From a virus (lineage: Duplodnaviria > Heunggongvirae > Uroviricota > Caudoviricetes), in IMG/VR virus record IMGVR_UViG_3300042562_001169: a stretch of 45,523 nucleotides of DNA. One strand, written 5' to 3'. Made by a program: the position numbers and the translations under genes. The notes beneath the pieces were generated by a model. That model saw only the letters and a program-made list of their open reading frames with translations, made no database searches and was not told where the DNA came from. This document shows, in pieces, positions 19,101 through 29,263 of the stretch (its first letter is position 1; every line of letters starts with the position of its first letter).

Positions 19101-19676
19101 ATGAATCCAGAATTAAAAAAAGGTGATAGAATAACTCTACTATATATGAGAGATGAAAGTTCTATGTTTCCCGGTGATAGTGGGACAGTAACTAGTGTTG
19201 ACGTAATCTTTGGTGATAAACAATACGGAGTAAAATGGGATAGTGGAAGTAAATTAGCCTTATTGGCGGATACCGACGCTTGGAAATTAGAAAAAAAACA
19301 AATTAAAGAAGATGAATTACAAAAAATGGATGTTCTATATAACAATATTGACGTATTTCGGTTTTTTAAGATGGGGTTTTTATACAAATACTTATTATTA
19401 GTTAGAAAGGCTAGTATTGTCAATATGTTTGGTGCGGGGGATTACCTATGGATGGGTAGAGAAAGAATTAAACACGAATTCAAATACAAAGATATCCCCA
19501 ATGAAGAGGCTTTTGAAGAAATGTTAGATATGGCGGACCAAGCTCAAGCTGAAATGATTAATGGTGTGATTGATTATTTGGAAAGTGAGGGGATTGAAGA
19601 AGATATGTCAAGTATTAACAAATACTTAAAAAGATTTGCCACTAAAATAGTTCAGAACTATATGCACATCGGATAA
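19101..19676 (+). CDS. DUF4314-like domain fused to a DUF5049-like segment
   Basis: GDRITL..M.D....PG..GTV..VD.....V.WDSGS.L.L; VRKAS.VNMFG. Confidence 0.6.
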   Translation: MNPELKKGDRITLLYMRDESSMFPGDSGTVTSVDVIFGDKQYGVKWDSGSKLALLADTDAWKLEKKQIKEDELQKMDVLYNNIDVFRFFKMGFLYKYLLLVRKASIVNMFGAGDYLWMGRERIKHEFKYKDIPNEEAFEEMLDMADQAQAEMINGVIDYLESEGIEEDMSSINKYLKRFATKIVQNYMHIG

Positions 19677-19714
19677 TTCAATAAACAAATATATTTATAT
19701 ACAAAACAAACAAT

Positions 19715-20404
19715 ATGAACGCATATTTTTTTAAAATGACAAACGAGGAAAGAGATAACATCCTTGACCAACATAAAGAGATTTATGATGGGTATGTAAC
19801 AAGTTACGTACAACCAGAAAAAGAACAACCATTATATACACAAGACTTTGCTAATGATAAAAAAGGACTTAATGTGAATAATAGAGGTGAAGTATCTGCT
19901 TATAGTAATTTAAGAATAAATGAAATGAGACACGATGGTAAATCTACCGGATTATTTTCTGAAGAAGAACCAAAGGAAGGTCACATATCTCCGGGTAGTC
20001 AATTTGAACCTGAAGAATCTTTTGAATCTGAAGATAAAGATGATGAATACTATGTTTCATTAGGTGAACAATTAGATATGATTGGTGATGGTGATGATGA
20101 TTTAGAACACGGAGTATTCGGACACGATGACGAAGATTATTCTGACGACGAATATCTACGTAGAAAATCGGGTGAAGGTAGATATTTTGACGATGAAGAT
20201 GAATTTATGGATTATGATGGGGATGACGCATCAACTTGGCCGGGAGCTAATTACGGTGACGATGATAATGATGAGTTAGTATTTAACCTTGGTGATAAAA
20301 TATTTGACGATGAGGATGATATTGATGATGAAGAGGTTGAAGGATTATTTGATAATTTAAGAGAATCGTTAGATATGTTTAAAAGATTTACAAAATATAA
20401 CTAA
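19715..20404 (+). CDS. Highly acidic hypothetical protein
   Basis: D/E-rich C-terminal half. Confidence 0.8.
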   Translation: MNAYFFKMTNEERDNILDQHKEIYDGYVTSYVQPEKEQPLYTQDFANDKKGLNVNNRGEVSAYSNLRINEMRHDGKSTGLFSEEEPKEGHISPGSQFEPEESFESEDKDDEYYVSLGEQLDMIGDGDDDLEHGVFGHDDEDYSDDEYLRRKSGEGRYFDDEDEFMDYDGDDASTWPGANYGDDDNDELVFNLGDKIFDDEDDIDDEEVEGLFDNLRESLDMFKRFTKYN

Positions 20405-20405
20405 T

Positions 20406-20672
20406 ATGAAAAAAGTAATTAAATTAAAAGAAAGTGATTTAATTAACATCATAAGACGTGTTATTAAAGAACAAGAGGTGGAAGAAGATAGATTAGATTT
20501 TGAAAAAATGTCAGATGAAGAATTACACTCATTACATCCACACATTAAAAAACACCCAAGACATTTTAAAAATTTCTCACCTACATCTGAATATTTAGGT
20601 TGGAAAGGTGAAGTGTCTAAAAGAAATATTTATAAGCAAAGAGGAAAATTCCACGACGCATTTGACAAATAA
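20406..20672 (+). CDS. Hypothetical protein with MKKVIKLKESDL...VIKEQ N-terminus
   Basis: ORF in the operon. Confidence 0.75.
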   Translation: MKKVIKLKESDLINIIRRVIKEQEVEEDRLDFEKMSDEELHSLHPHIKKHPRHFKNFSPTSEYLGWKGEVSKRNIYKQRGKFHDAFDK

Positions 20673-20684
20673 AAATAGATTACG

Positions 20685-20993
20685 ATGGAAATTAAAGATT
20701 TAGAATCATTTTATATAAATGAATCATCTCAAACTTTAGATGTTACATTTAGAATATTATCAGATAATGATGATGAAATTAGAGCTGACCAAATAGATTT
20801 ATCCGAAACAAAAACATTCGGGTATAATTTTTCAAAAGACGATACCGATGATTTATGGGACGAAGATGACGATGAAGATTATTTTGACACCTACGGTGAA
20901 GAATTTGATATGGATGAAGAAGAAATGATATCATTTTTAAATGAGTATTATTTAATATATCCAAATAGATTACCAAATACACAATTATATTAA
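20685..20993 (+). CDS. Acidic hypothetical protein
   Basis: ORF in the operon. Confidence 0.75.
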   Translation: MEIKDLESFYINESSQTLDVTFRILSDNDDEIRADQIDLSETKTFGYNFSKDDTDDLWDEDDDEDYFDTYGEEFDMDEEEMISFLNEYYLIYPNRLPNTQLY

Positions 20994-20998
20994 AAAAA

Positions 20999-21691
20999 AT
21001 GAAAAAAATTATTTTAACTATTATTGCAGCTACTATGTTACTTAGTTGTAATTCAAAAACAAAAACAGAAACTGTAGAAGATATTAAATCTGATAAAATT
21101 GTTAAGTTACACCAAGGGTCTTTTGCCTTTTGTGGGGCATCAGCGGCGGTTCCTACGGGAAGAAAGATTGTTGTTCAAGGTGTGGTATATGATGAAGGAT
21201 GTGCAATATGTCCTGTATTAGAAGGTCCATCTCTTTCTAATTTAGCAATGAAAGGTGAAAGTGGAACTTATGGAAAGTTCAATGTGGATAAAAACTTCCA
21301 AACACCTGATGGGACTAACAAAACCGTATGGTCTCTATTTTGGTATTATGATTCAAGTACAACTATACCACAATTTAATCCTGAAACTAAAAAGTGGGAA
21401 TTATTACCACCTGTAAATCGTTCATTTGTAATTAATTTAGATTCTCCAAGTACAAGTGAAAGTAATATGTTCGCAATGCCGGGTGTAATTATTGATACAA
21501 CTGATACAGGTATTGTGTTAGCTAAAGTATATGGACCACTTAATGAAGCAGCAGTTCCATTACGTAAAGCAGTTCCTGTTAAAAATGGACAGACTTCGGT
21601 TACCGCAGCTAAAGAAGGATTCCCTTATCCTGTTGGAACACCAATTCCGGTTGCTGAGTATAGTAAAGAACTTCAGAAAAAAGAAAAATAA
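20999..21691 (+). CDS. Lipoprotein
   Basis: Signal peptide with LLSC lipobox. Confidence 0.75.
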   Translation: MKKIILTIIAATMLLSCNSKTKTETVEDIKSDKIVKLHQGSFAFCGASAAVPTGRKIVVQGVVYDEGCAICPVLEGPSLSNLAMKGESGTYGKFNVDKNFQTPDGTNKTVWSLFWYYDSSTTIPQFNPETKKWELLPPVNRSFVINLDSPSTSESNMFAMPGVIIDTTDTGIVLAKVYGPLNEAAVPLRKAVPVKNGQTSVTAAKEGFPYPVGTPIPVAEYSKELQKKEK

Positions 21692-21696
21692 TAAAT

Positions 21697-21723
21697 AACC
21701 CCTCCGTTAAGAGGGGTTTTTTT
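21697..21723. terminator. Bidirectional terminator
   Basis: AACCCCTC/GAGGGGTT plus T-run. Confidence 0.85.
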
Positions 21724-22228
21724 ATGGTCCTACACGAGTTAATTGTAGTGTTACAATCTGATTTGGTCCTGAACTTGAATAAGGCCATAATCCGGTGGTT
21801 TGAAGGGTTATACTTTCAACACCATCATCAAGGATTTTAAACGTCCTAACACTCCCGTTAACCTGAAATTGGAGATAACCCAAGTCATATATGTTATTGT
21901 GTCCTACAATGGAGTAAAAATACTTTCTTTGCCAAGTTGTTGTTCCTCCACCGGTTTGTATTGGGTAAAATGATATAACACTATAATCTAAATGCCATCT
22001 TGTAAACCCTACTTGGATATCATCTAAAGGAAATATATCATATGTGTTAACATAATGTGAACCCGGATTATATATTGTTCCACTTAAGTTTGTGGTATTC
22101 TCCGTACTTACCACAGTAATCTTACTAATGACGTATTCACCACTTAACGATAATAATGTTGGTTCTTGATATACTTCACAAGAACTCATTGTTAACAAAG
22201 TCAACAATAATAATAGTAATTTCTTCAT
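21722..22228 (-). CDS. Lipoprotein (beta-rich, lipocalin-like)
   Basis: MKKLLLLLLTLLTMSSC; LSGEY.I.KI. Confidence 0.7.
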   Translation of the reverse strand: MKKLLLLLLTLLTMSSCEVYQEPTLLSLSGEYVISKITVVSTENTTNLSGTIYNPGSHYVNTYDIFPLDDIQVGFTRWHLDYSVISFYPIQTGGGTTTWQRKYFYSIVGHNNIYDLGYLQFQVNGSVRTFKILDDGVESITLQTTGLWPYSSSGPNQIVTLQLTRVGP

Positions 22229-22287
22229 AGCAGTTTATTTTTACAAATATATTACTTTTTTATTGAATATCAAAATATTTATTACAT

Positions 22288-22527
22288 ATGAGAACAGATA
22301 TTGATTATATTATTTCCTTAATGAAGGAATATACCCCAAAAACTGACGGTGAATTGGGTGAACAGGAATCCGCACCTGCGGCAGGAGGTGGTGGAGGTGG
22401 TAACACTAATGCTAGAGGTAGAAAATGGGAAACCGGACTAACAAGAGGTCCGGCTAATATGTTGGGGTTAAAAGGTGAAAAGTGGGGAACCGGATTATCT
22501 AGAGGTCACGCAAACCCTGTTCCTTAA
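22288..22527 (+). CDS. Small protein with a Gly linker and a duplicated KW.TGL.RG.AN motif
   Basis: KWETGLTRGPAN / KWGTGLSRGHAN. Confidence 0.7.
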   Translation: MRTDIDYIISLMKEYTPKTDGELGEQESAPAAGGGGGGNTNARGRKWETGLTRGPANMLGLKGEKWGTGLSRGHANPVP

Positions 22528-22540
22528 GTTATCGTTATAA

Positions 22541-22765
22541 TTACATTGGGGTTTCGTCAAACTTTTTTTCAAATTCGTCAAACATAGGAGTTAGATAATT
22601 ATCTGCAAATTCACACATACTTAATAATTGTTCTGATGAATAAGATGTTTTATCTGACATATAATATATTTCAACATCTAAAATTATTTCACTATCAATT
22701 ATTTGTTTCACACTTTTACAAGTTAGAGTTATTACCGATTCATTAATTTTATATTTCATAATCAT
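22541..22765 (-). CDS. Hypothetical protein
   Basis: 74 aa ORF. Confidence 0.6.
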   Translation of the reverse strand: MIMKYKINESVITLTCKSVKQIIDSEIILDVEIYYMSDKTSYSSEQLLSMCEFADNYLTPMFDEFEKKFDETPM

Positions 22766-22850
22766 TTATTTTATTTTACAAAGGTATTATTATTTTTTTT
22801 GATTAACAAACTATTTATAATAAAAATTAAATTAAAGATAAAACATAATT

Positions 22851-24275
22851 ATGACCACAACTTACTCAATTAATGAGGGGAACTACGCTCTAAACAGGGT
22901 TCTTCTTATGATGCAATACGAATTGGGTAAAACATTGGATGAACAAAAAATACCTACTGATAAGGATATAAAAAAATTTAAAGATAATGAGCGTTACAAT
23001 AACACTCAAAAATTTGTAGATAATACGGCAGTTTCATTTCGAGGACCTGATGGTAAACAAATATCGACAGCAACATTCCCAAAAGTTAATTTATCTAATG
23101 AACAATTAATATCCGGTATTGAAAAAATTTGGGTTAACTGGGACCACGACACCTCCGGTTATGTTGAAATAGGGTTAACAGGTGCTGGGTTTTTATTAGC
23201 TCTAACAGGTGTTGGAGCACCTTTAGGAGCGGTCTTAATCGCTGCGGGTACGGCTGTGGGTATTGCTGACGCGATAAAATATTATGATGAAAATAATCCT
23301 TACATGGGAACTATGATGTTAGCGTTACAGTTAATACCGGGTGGGGAGTTGGTAGGTATTTTAGCAAAAAATTCTGCGAAATTTGCCAAATATTACCCTA
23401 AATTTGTTAAAATTATTGAGAAATTAAGTAAAAATAAAGTAATAACTGATGTTGAAGGTAAAATTTTTGAATGGGGTACTAAACTATTTAATAAACACTT
23501 ACCTACAATAGCTAAATTACTTAGAAAACATTCGTTTAAAGCATTATCATTAAAATTAAAAAGAGAAAAATCATCAATTGTTTTACGGACAATTGTAAGC
23601 CTTTTACATTTTGGATTAAAAAAGACCCCTTCTTTTATAGGAAATTTAATTATTAAGATAGGTAGAGTATCAATTACGGTCGACCAATTATGGACGTTAA
23701 TGTCAACACCTGACAGTTGGAGAGAAAAAATGAGAGACAAAGGTGAATTTTCTAAAATTTTAGATATGTTATACGATGGAACATTAACTGATTCTGTCAA
23801 AGAAGGTTTATGGATTGTATGGCAAAAAATATTAGGTAATGACGTTAATGAAGATATTAATGAGGAGTTAATAAACGAAATGGAATCTCAAATGGATAAA
23901 TATGATGAAAATTTTGAATTATCAAAAATTCCAATTAGTGATAAGGTCATACCAAATAGATGGGAAAAAATTAATAAAACAAATAACCAACCCGTAAAAA
24001 CTACATCAGTTACTTTTAACGATGTGATTAAAGGAACTCAAACAATTAAAAAAGGAGATAAAGGGAATGTTGTTAGAGAAATACAAAATATGTTATCTTC
24101 AATAGGATATTATTTAGGTGATTCCGGAAAACAAACCAACGGAGTTGATGGAGATTTTGGAACATCAACAGAAACTGTAGTTAAATATTTTCAAATAGAA
24201 AATAACTTAAACGAAACTGGTGTGGTTGATAAGATAACCGCTAATAAGTTAAAAGAAAAATATGATGAAAGATAA
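22851..24275 (+). CDS. Large protein with hydrophobic Gly/Ala helices and a C-terminal peptidoglycan-binding domain
   Basis: IKKGDKGNVVREIQNML...DGDFG..TE..VK.FQ..N.L..TGVVD..T. Confidence 0.8.
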   Translation: MTTTYSINEGNYALNRVLLMMQYELGKTLDEQKIPTDKDIKKFKDNERYNNTQKFVDNTAVSFRGPDGKQISTATFPKVNLSNEQLISGIEKIWVNWDHDTSGYVEIGLTGAGFLLALTGVGAPLGAVLIAAGTAVGIADAIKYYDENNPYMGTMMLALQLIPGGELVGILAKNSAKFAKYYPKFVKIIEKLSKNKVITDVEGKIFEWGTKLFNKHLPTIAKLLRKHSFKALSLKLKREKSSIVLRTIVSLLHFGLKKTPSFIGNLIIKIGRVSITVDQLWTLMSTPDSWREKMRDKGEFSKILDMLYDGTLTDSVKEGLWIVWQKILGNDVNEDINEELINEMESQMDKYDENFELSKIPISDKVIPNRWEKINKTNNQPVKTTSVTFNDVIKGTQTIKKGDKGNVVREIQNMLSSIGYYLGDSGKQTNGVDGDFGTSTETVVKYFQIENNLNETGVVDKITANKLKEKYDER

Positions 24276-26004
24276 AAAAATATTAACTGAAATAAATCGT
24301 ATCAAAGAAATAATGGGTGTTCGTTTATTAACTGAACAACCACAGGTATTTGATAATATACTTACGTCTTTAGTTAAATTATCTAAAGGAGGGTTAAAAT
24401 CAAAAATTACCAAATTAATGAGTAAACCAAATATAAGTGGTGTTGAATTTAGAAATTTGATTGACGAAATTAAACTTATGAGAAACGTTGATAGTGGTTT
24501 AATTACGTTAATTAATAAATTTGAAAAAAGTATTGTAGATAAGGCTTCATCTACTAAGTATTCAAATCACATAACAAAAAGATTATCTGATGGTGCTACC
24601 GAATCTGAAATAACAAATGAAATACTATCTGATTTAAACTCGGTTTATGGTGACTTTATTAACGCTAAAATATTAGATGATTTTAAATTAAAACTATCTA
24701 AAAAAATTGATACTATACAACAAAAAATTAATCCACCTGAACCAGTACCTCCAACACCACCACCTCCACCAAACCCTAGTCCAATTAATAATAATAGTAT
24801 TCCTAATATTGAAAAAACTTGGAACGAAGTTACTGATTCAATACCGGATGAAACAATAAATAAAATAAGTGGAAGATATGGGAAACGATGGTCGTCAATA
24901 TTAGAACGACTAAAAACTACTGTATCGGTACCGTTTAAAACTAGTTTACGATTACAAAATGAAATTATTGAAGATTTTGGTATTTGGAAATTGGCGAAAC
25001 CAAATGAAAAACCTATTATTAAAAATAAAATTATAGCCAAATTAAAGTCGTTAGAAACTTCTCAAAATAATATTTTAGAGGCTACTAATTCATGGATAGA
25101 AAAAGAAATAAGACCTAAAGCGGCGACAGACCCTTTAATTCGTGAATTTTATAACAAAATAAAAAATAAAGAAGGGTGGGGTAAAATAAAAATGTTAGAA
25201 AATGTTTATAATTCTATAAACATTGCTATGAAAGATATTTTGGATAATGGAAAAAACTTGAACAAGGCTTATTTAAAAGTTTTAGTTAAACCTGTTACTA
25301 TACCGATAAATATTATGTCAGCTATCGTCAATAAAATTTGGGGTAAAAATTTAAACATGTTAGGTAAATTAACTCCGGAACAAGTTACGGCTTTTAAAAA
25401 TTGGTTTTTAACAACAAATCCTGCTGGTGTAAAAGGTGTGAGATTAGCGTTTAAAGATAATGGAATAATAGGGGGTATGACTTATGTAGGTTTCCAAGCG
25501 TTATATAGATATCTTTGGGTTTCTACTATGATTGGGATTTTTAGAACTGTAGGGGCTTTAGCAACTGAAGGTATTGATTTAGTTGCTGACACCGAAATGT
25601 CTGATAATAAAATACTTAATTTTCTTTTTGGTACTAAAGATTTTGATGAATTAAATAAAAAATTTAAAGAAGACCCTAACAAGTCAGATTATGAATACGC
25701 GGAAACTCTATTAGAAATGATGGTTAAACAAAGTGAACCTTTTAGACAATGGGTAGGAATGTGGCCGTTAGGTAAAGTTATTCAAGTAGTTAGGGAGGCA
25801 ATTAAAGCAACTCAAAATGGTACTCTTGATGAAGAAGTGAAAAAACTTGAAGAAGAAGCTAAAACATCTGAAAAAGAATTAGAGCAAGCGACAGGTAAAT
25901 CAGTTGAAGAAATTTTAGATAATAAACCAATACCGGCACCGAAAGATAATGATACCATTATAACTCCGGACCAAGAGAAAAAAGCTAACGACTCAAATTA
26001 TTAA
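24262..26004 (+). CDS. Large hypothetical protein with a Pro-rich hinge (putative virion-internal)
   Basis: 580 aa; PPEPVPPTPPPPPNP. Confidence 0.85.
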   Translation: MMKDKKILTEINRIKEIMGVRLLTEQPQVFDNILTSLVKLSKGGLKSKITKLMSKPNISGVEFRNLIDEIKLMRNVDSGLITLINKFEKSIVDKASSTKYSNHITKRLSDGATESEITNEILSDLNSVYGDFINAKILDDFKLKLSKKIDTIQQKINPPEPVPPTPPPPPNPSPINNNSIPNIEKTWNEVTDSIPDETINKISGRYGKRWSSILERLKTTVSVPFKTSLRLQNEIIEDFGIWKLAKPNEKPIIKNKIIAKLKSLETSQNNILEATNSWIEKEIRPKAATDPLIREFYNKIKNKEGWGKIKMLENVYNSINIAMKDILDNGKNLNKAYLKVLVKPVTIPINIMSAIVNKIWGKNLNMLGKLTPEQVTAFKNWFLTTNPAGVKGVRLAFKDNGIIGGMTYVGFQALYRYLWVSTMIGIFRTVGALATEGIDLVADTEMSDNKILNFLFGTKDFDELNKKFKEDPNKSDYEYAETLLEMMVKQSEPFRQWVGMWPLGKVIQVVREAIKATQNGTLDEEVKKLEEEAKTSEKELEQATGKSVEEILDNKPIPAPKDNDTIITPDQEKKANDSNY

Positions 26005-26006
26005 TT

Positions 26007-28955
26007 ATGGCATTAGATAGACAACAACTTTATATAAAATTCAAAAATAAAGCTAAAAAGGACGGAAAGGAAACGGAATTCAAATCAAATTATCCTGATA
26101 TGAATACTTGGGTACGTATTAGATTTAAAAATGAAGAAAATACAGAAATTACTTTTAATAAGTCAAAAACTAATAATATCATTACAAATGATTGGACTAT
26201 TAAACAATTTTATCAAAAATATGCGTGTGATTTAACTTGGGCAAAATCAACACAATATTGTGGTGGTAGTGGTGAAACTCCTACACCAACAGATTTAGAA
26301 ACAATTACTAATACAGAGATATTAGATAAAATAAAAACAGGTGGTAAAGAGTTTTGGGATAAAATTAAAATTGGAATTCCGTCAATAATTGTGAGAGCCG
26401 GTAAATATGTTTACGATAAAAGTCAAGATTTAGAAAAATGGTGGGAAAAATATAAAAAAGAACATAGTGGTGGCTCAACTAATAATGGTGGTGGTGGAAC
26501 ATCATCATCTACAGATTGGTTAAAAGACCCAACAGGTAGTAAGATGTATGTTTATCAACTTAATAAAGATTGTAAATGGTTGGCTAAAAGAGTTAGTTCA
26601 GGAAAAATATTTAATATTAGTGATATTCCAAAATATGATAGTTCAGTTCAAATATTGAATAAGGCTTTCCCTGATTTAATTAAAAATTGTAATTCATCGA
26701 GCACTGGTACTACAACAGCCTCCACTGTTATTAATACTGTAGACGCTGACACAACACCTGCGAACTTACCGGAATGGGCAAATTGTTTAAGAGTGATAAA
26801 AAATCTTAGTTTATCTAAAGACAGTAAAGGAGAAGAAGTTGTTATAGGACCTTTTGATAAAGATTTAGGTTATTTTTGGAAAGATATGACATTCTTGTAT
26901 GTTTCTAAAGATGGAACCAAAGTATACGGTAAATGGTCTTGTAAAGATAATGTATTAGTTATTAATACAGACGATGGTGAAGTGTGGATGTCAGGTTCAG
27001 GATGGAAAAAAGTTCAAGATAAATCAGAACTTCCGGATAAAAATTTTGACCCAACTTGGGTAGACGGAGATGATTTTTCATCATCAAGTGATGCGACATC
27101 CTCAAGTGATAAACAATCTCATCAAATAAAAAATCCTTTTTCATCTATGAAAACAGATTTCCCGGAATTTAAAGGTTTTGATAAAAATAAACCTATTAGT
27201 TTAAATCAAAATGAATCAACTATGGATAAATTAGAAAATATAATTAGTGAGGTTAACACTCTTATTACAGAACAAACACAACAAATTATCCAAGCACCTA
27301 AGGATGAATTAGATATATTACAAACAAGTCCATTTTTAAAAGATAAAGGGATTTTAACAGCGTTATGTAGAACTAATAACGGGACATCAAAACCGGTTAA
27401 CGTTAATGGTAAAATCTATTATGCGGCTAAAAAGTCGTTTAAAAAAGGTGATACAACAACCCCATATTATTTAACATATGATGGTATGATTTTAAAGGGT
27501 GGTGATTGTAGATTCTCATACGCTTTGAATGATAAGGGAAGTCCAATGAAGATTGCGGGAATGACATTCTTTGATTTAGATTTACAGTATACGGACATCT
27601 TAATGAAGTTTGGTATTGACCCTAAAAATTACGATACTGACCCATATTTTTTAATTAATAATATTAGTTTAGATTTAAAAAAACTTGTTGAACAAGGTGC
27701 TGTGTCAACAGTATTTAAAAGTTGGAATGATATGTTAAGATATTATCATCCAAATGATTATGCGACTTTTGCTTTAGTTCCTCTTTCAGGTGGGTCATTA
27801 AATCCCCCAACTAATAGAGGTCAATTAGCTCAATATATGCCAATTAATGGTAGAAATTATGGTTTAAATTATAACGACAAAGATGTTCAAATTTTATTTC
27901 CAAGTAACAAAGCACCGGTAATTTCAGGTGGTGAAAATCAAGAATTTACAAAAGCGGATTGTGATGCAGCAATAATAGGTTATTTATCGGGAGCAATTAG
28001 ATATCAGACTCGACAAGATAAGAGTGATAACAAAACAATTAATAGTGCTGAAAATAGAGAATTTATTAAAGGTTGTGACGGTTCAGGTGTATACCAAGAC
28101 CTTGTAATTACTCCTGACCAATTACCAAAGGTTAAAAAAGACAATAAAGTATTTAATTTTTGGAGAGGTGATACTTTAAACATTAAGAATGTATATAAAT
28201 TATTATCGGGTAAGGATAATAATTTACCGGCAGGTAAGAATCCTTATTTACCGTTTATTATTGATAGAACAAGAAACGAATCTAAAACAAAATTAGATAA
28301 TTTGATTAAAGAAAATTTACAAAAATTGTCTGAAGAAAAGAATAATAATTTATTATCCGAAACTAAGATTATCCAAACAAGAACTAAAATCTTAACGGAA
28401 AATAGAATTCTTAAATTTAAACAACCAAGAGAAAAATTCTTCAATGAAATTATATCGGAGGCTATTTATCTTAAATCTCAAGGTTTTGATAAACAAATTA
28501 TCAAAGAAGAATTTTGGGGAACGTTAAAAGGATTATTTGGGAAAGAAGGTTCTGAAGCAATATTCAAAACATTCAAAGAATATATGGGTAAATGGTTAGT
28601 AGGAAAATTAACGTCAGACAAACCAAATGGTTGGATGGCAACTAGTATTACTAAATCTGTTAATGAGATTCACAATGAGGACCTTGATAAGATTATTGAT
28701 TGTGAGTTTATTACTAAAAAAGTGTCTCAATCAATCATTACTAACCTTATTGATAAAATAGGTAAAGACAACGAAGTTGGTGGTAGTATATCAAGTGTTG
28801 TTAAAAATGGTTTATCAGGTTCAATTGATAAAGAACAGTTGAGAAGAGATATTGAAAAAGGTGTGTCAAAACAAGTTTGTCCTTCATTAGGAGAACTTTC
28901 TAAGAAATTAGAAGATAAGGCACACGAAATGAAAACAAAGGCAGTACAAGCCTAA
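26007..28955 (+). CDS. 982-aa hypothetical protein (putative virion-internal)
   Basis: Long ORF, third gene of the operon. Confidence 0.85.
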   Translation: MALDRQQLYIKFKNKAKKDGKETEFKSNYPDMNTWVRIRFKNEENTEITFNKSKTNNIITNDWTIKQFYQKYACDLTWAKSTQYCGGSGETPTPTDLETITNTEILDKIKTGGKEFWDKIKIGIPSIIVRAGKYVYDKSQDLEKWWEKYKKEHSGGSTNNGGGGTSSSTDWLKDPTGSKMYVYQLNKDCKWLAKRVSSGKIFNISDIPKYDSSVQILNKAFPDLIKNCNSSSTGTTTASTVINTVDADTTPANLPEWANCLRVIKNLSLSKDSKGEEVVIGPFDKDLGYFWKDMTFLYVSKDGTKVYGKWSCKDNVLVINTDDGEVWMSGSGWKKVQDKSELPDKNFDPTWVDGDDFSSSSDATSSSDKQSHQIKNPFSSMKTDFPEFKGFDKNKPISLNQNESTMDKLENIISEVNTLITEQTQQIIQAPKDELDILQTSPFLKDKGILTALCRTNNGTSKPVNVNGKIYYAAKKSFKKGDTTTPYYLTYDGMILKGGDCRFSYALNDKGSPMKIAGMTFFDLDLQYTDILMKFGIDPKNYDTDPYFLINNISLDLKKLVEQGAVSTVFKSWNDMLRYYHPNDYATFALVPLSGGSLNPPTNRGQLAQYMPINGRNYGLNYNDKDVQILFPSNKAPVISGGENQEFTKADCDAAIIGYLSGAIRYQTRQDKSDNKTINSAENREFIKGCDGSGVYQDLVITPDQLPKVKKDNKVFNFWRGDTLNIKNVYKLLSGKDNNLPAGKNPYLPFIIDRTRNESKTKLDNLIKENLQKLSEEKNNNLLSETKIIQTRTKILTENRILKFKQPREKFFNEIISEAIYLKSQGFDKQIIKEEFWGTLKGLFGKEGSEAIFKTFKEYMGKWLVGKLTSDKPNGWMATSITKSVNEIHNEDLDKIIDCEFITKKVSQSIITNLIDKIGKDNEVGGSISSVVKNGLSGSIDKEQLRRDIEKGVSKQVCPSLGELSKKLEDKAHEMKTKAVQA

Positions 28956-29025
28956 TTGTACCTCCGGAGTAGATTCCGGACGGGATTAACCATCTAAAAG
29001 AAAGGGGAAAATTCTGTATCTAGCG

Positions 29026-29050
29026 AAAAGGTGTCATTTGACACCTTTTT
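29026..29050. terminator. Intrinsic terminator
   Basis: AAAAGGTGTC/GACACCTTTT. Confidence 0.85.
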
Positions 29051-29082
29051 GTTTTTTATTTATACTTATAAAAAAAAAGATT

Positions 29083-29259
29083 ATGTGGGTAATAGTAAAA
29101 ATGATGAAACATCACACCGGAGTTGAGTTACCGGTTATTTTAGTTGATTCTTATTCTGAAATAATGACTTTTGAAACTGAAGAAGAGGCGTTAAAAATAA
29201 AAAAGATTTTTGAGGTTAATTCAGATTCGGGTCACAAATATTTAGTAAAAAAACATTAA
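29083..29259 (+). CDS. Hypothetical protein (likely start 29083)
   Basis: MWVIVKMMKHH... Confidence 0.65.
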   Translation: MWVIVKMMKHHTGVELPVILVDSYSEIMTFETEEEALKIKKIFEVNSDSGHKYLVKKH

Positions 29260-29263
29260 TTGT

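Noticed and set aside
300-28444. Short antisense or nested ORFs inside confident genes (for example 300-, 795-, 2199-, 3066-, 6708-, 9276-, 23393-, 24645-, 44451+)
   Set aside because: Shadow frames with no independent expression signals.
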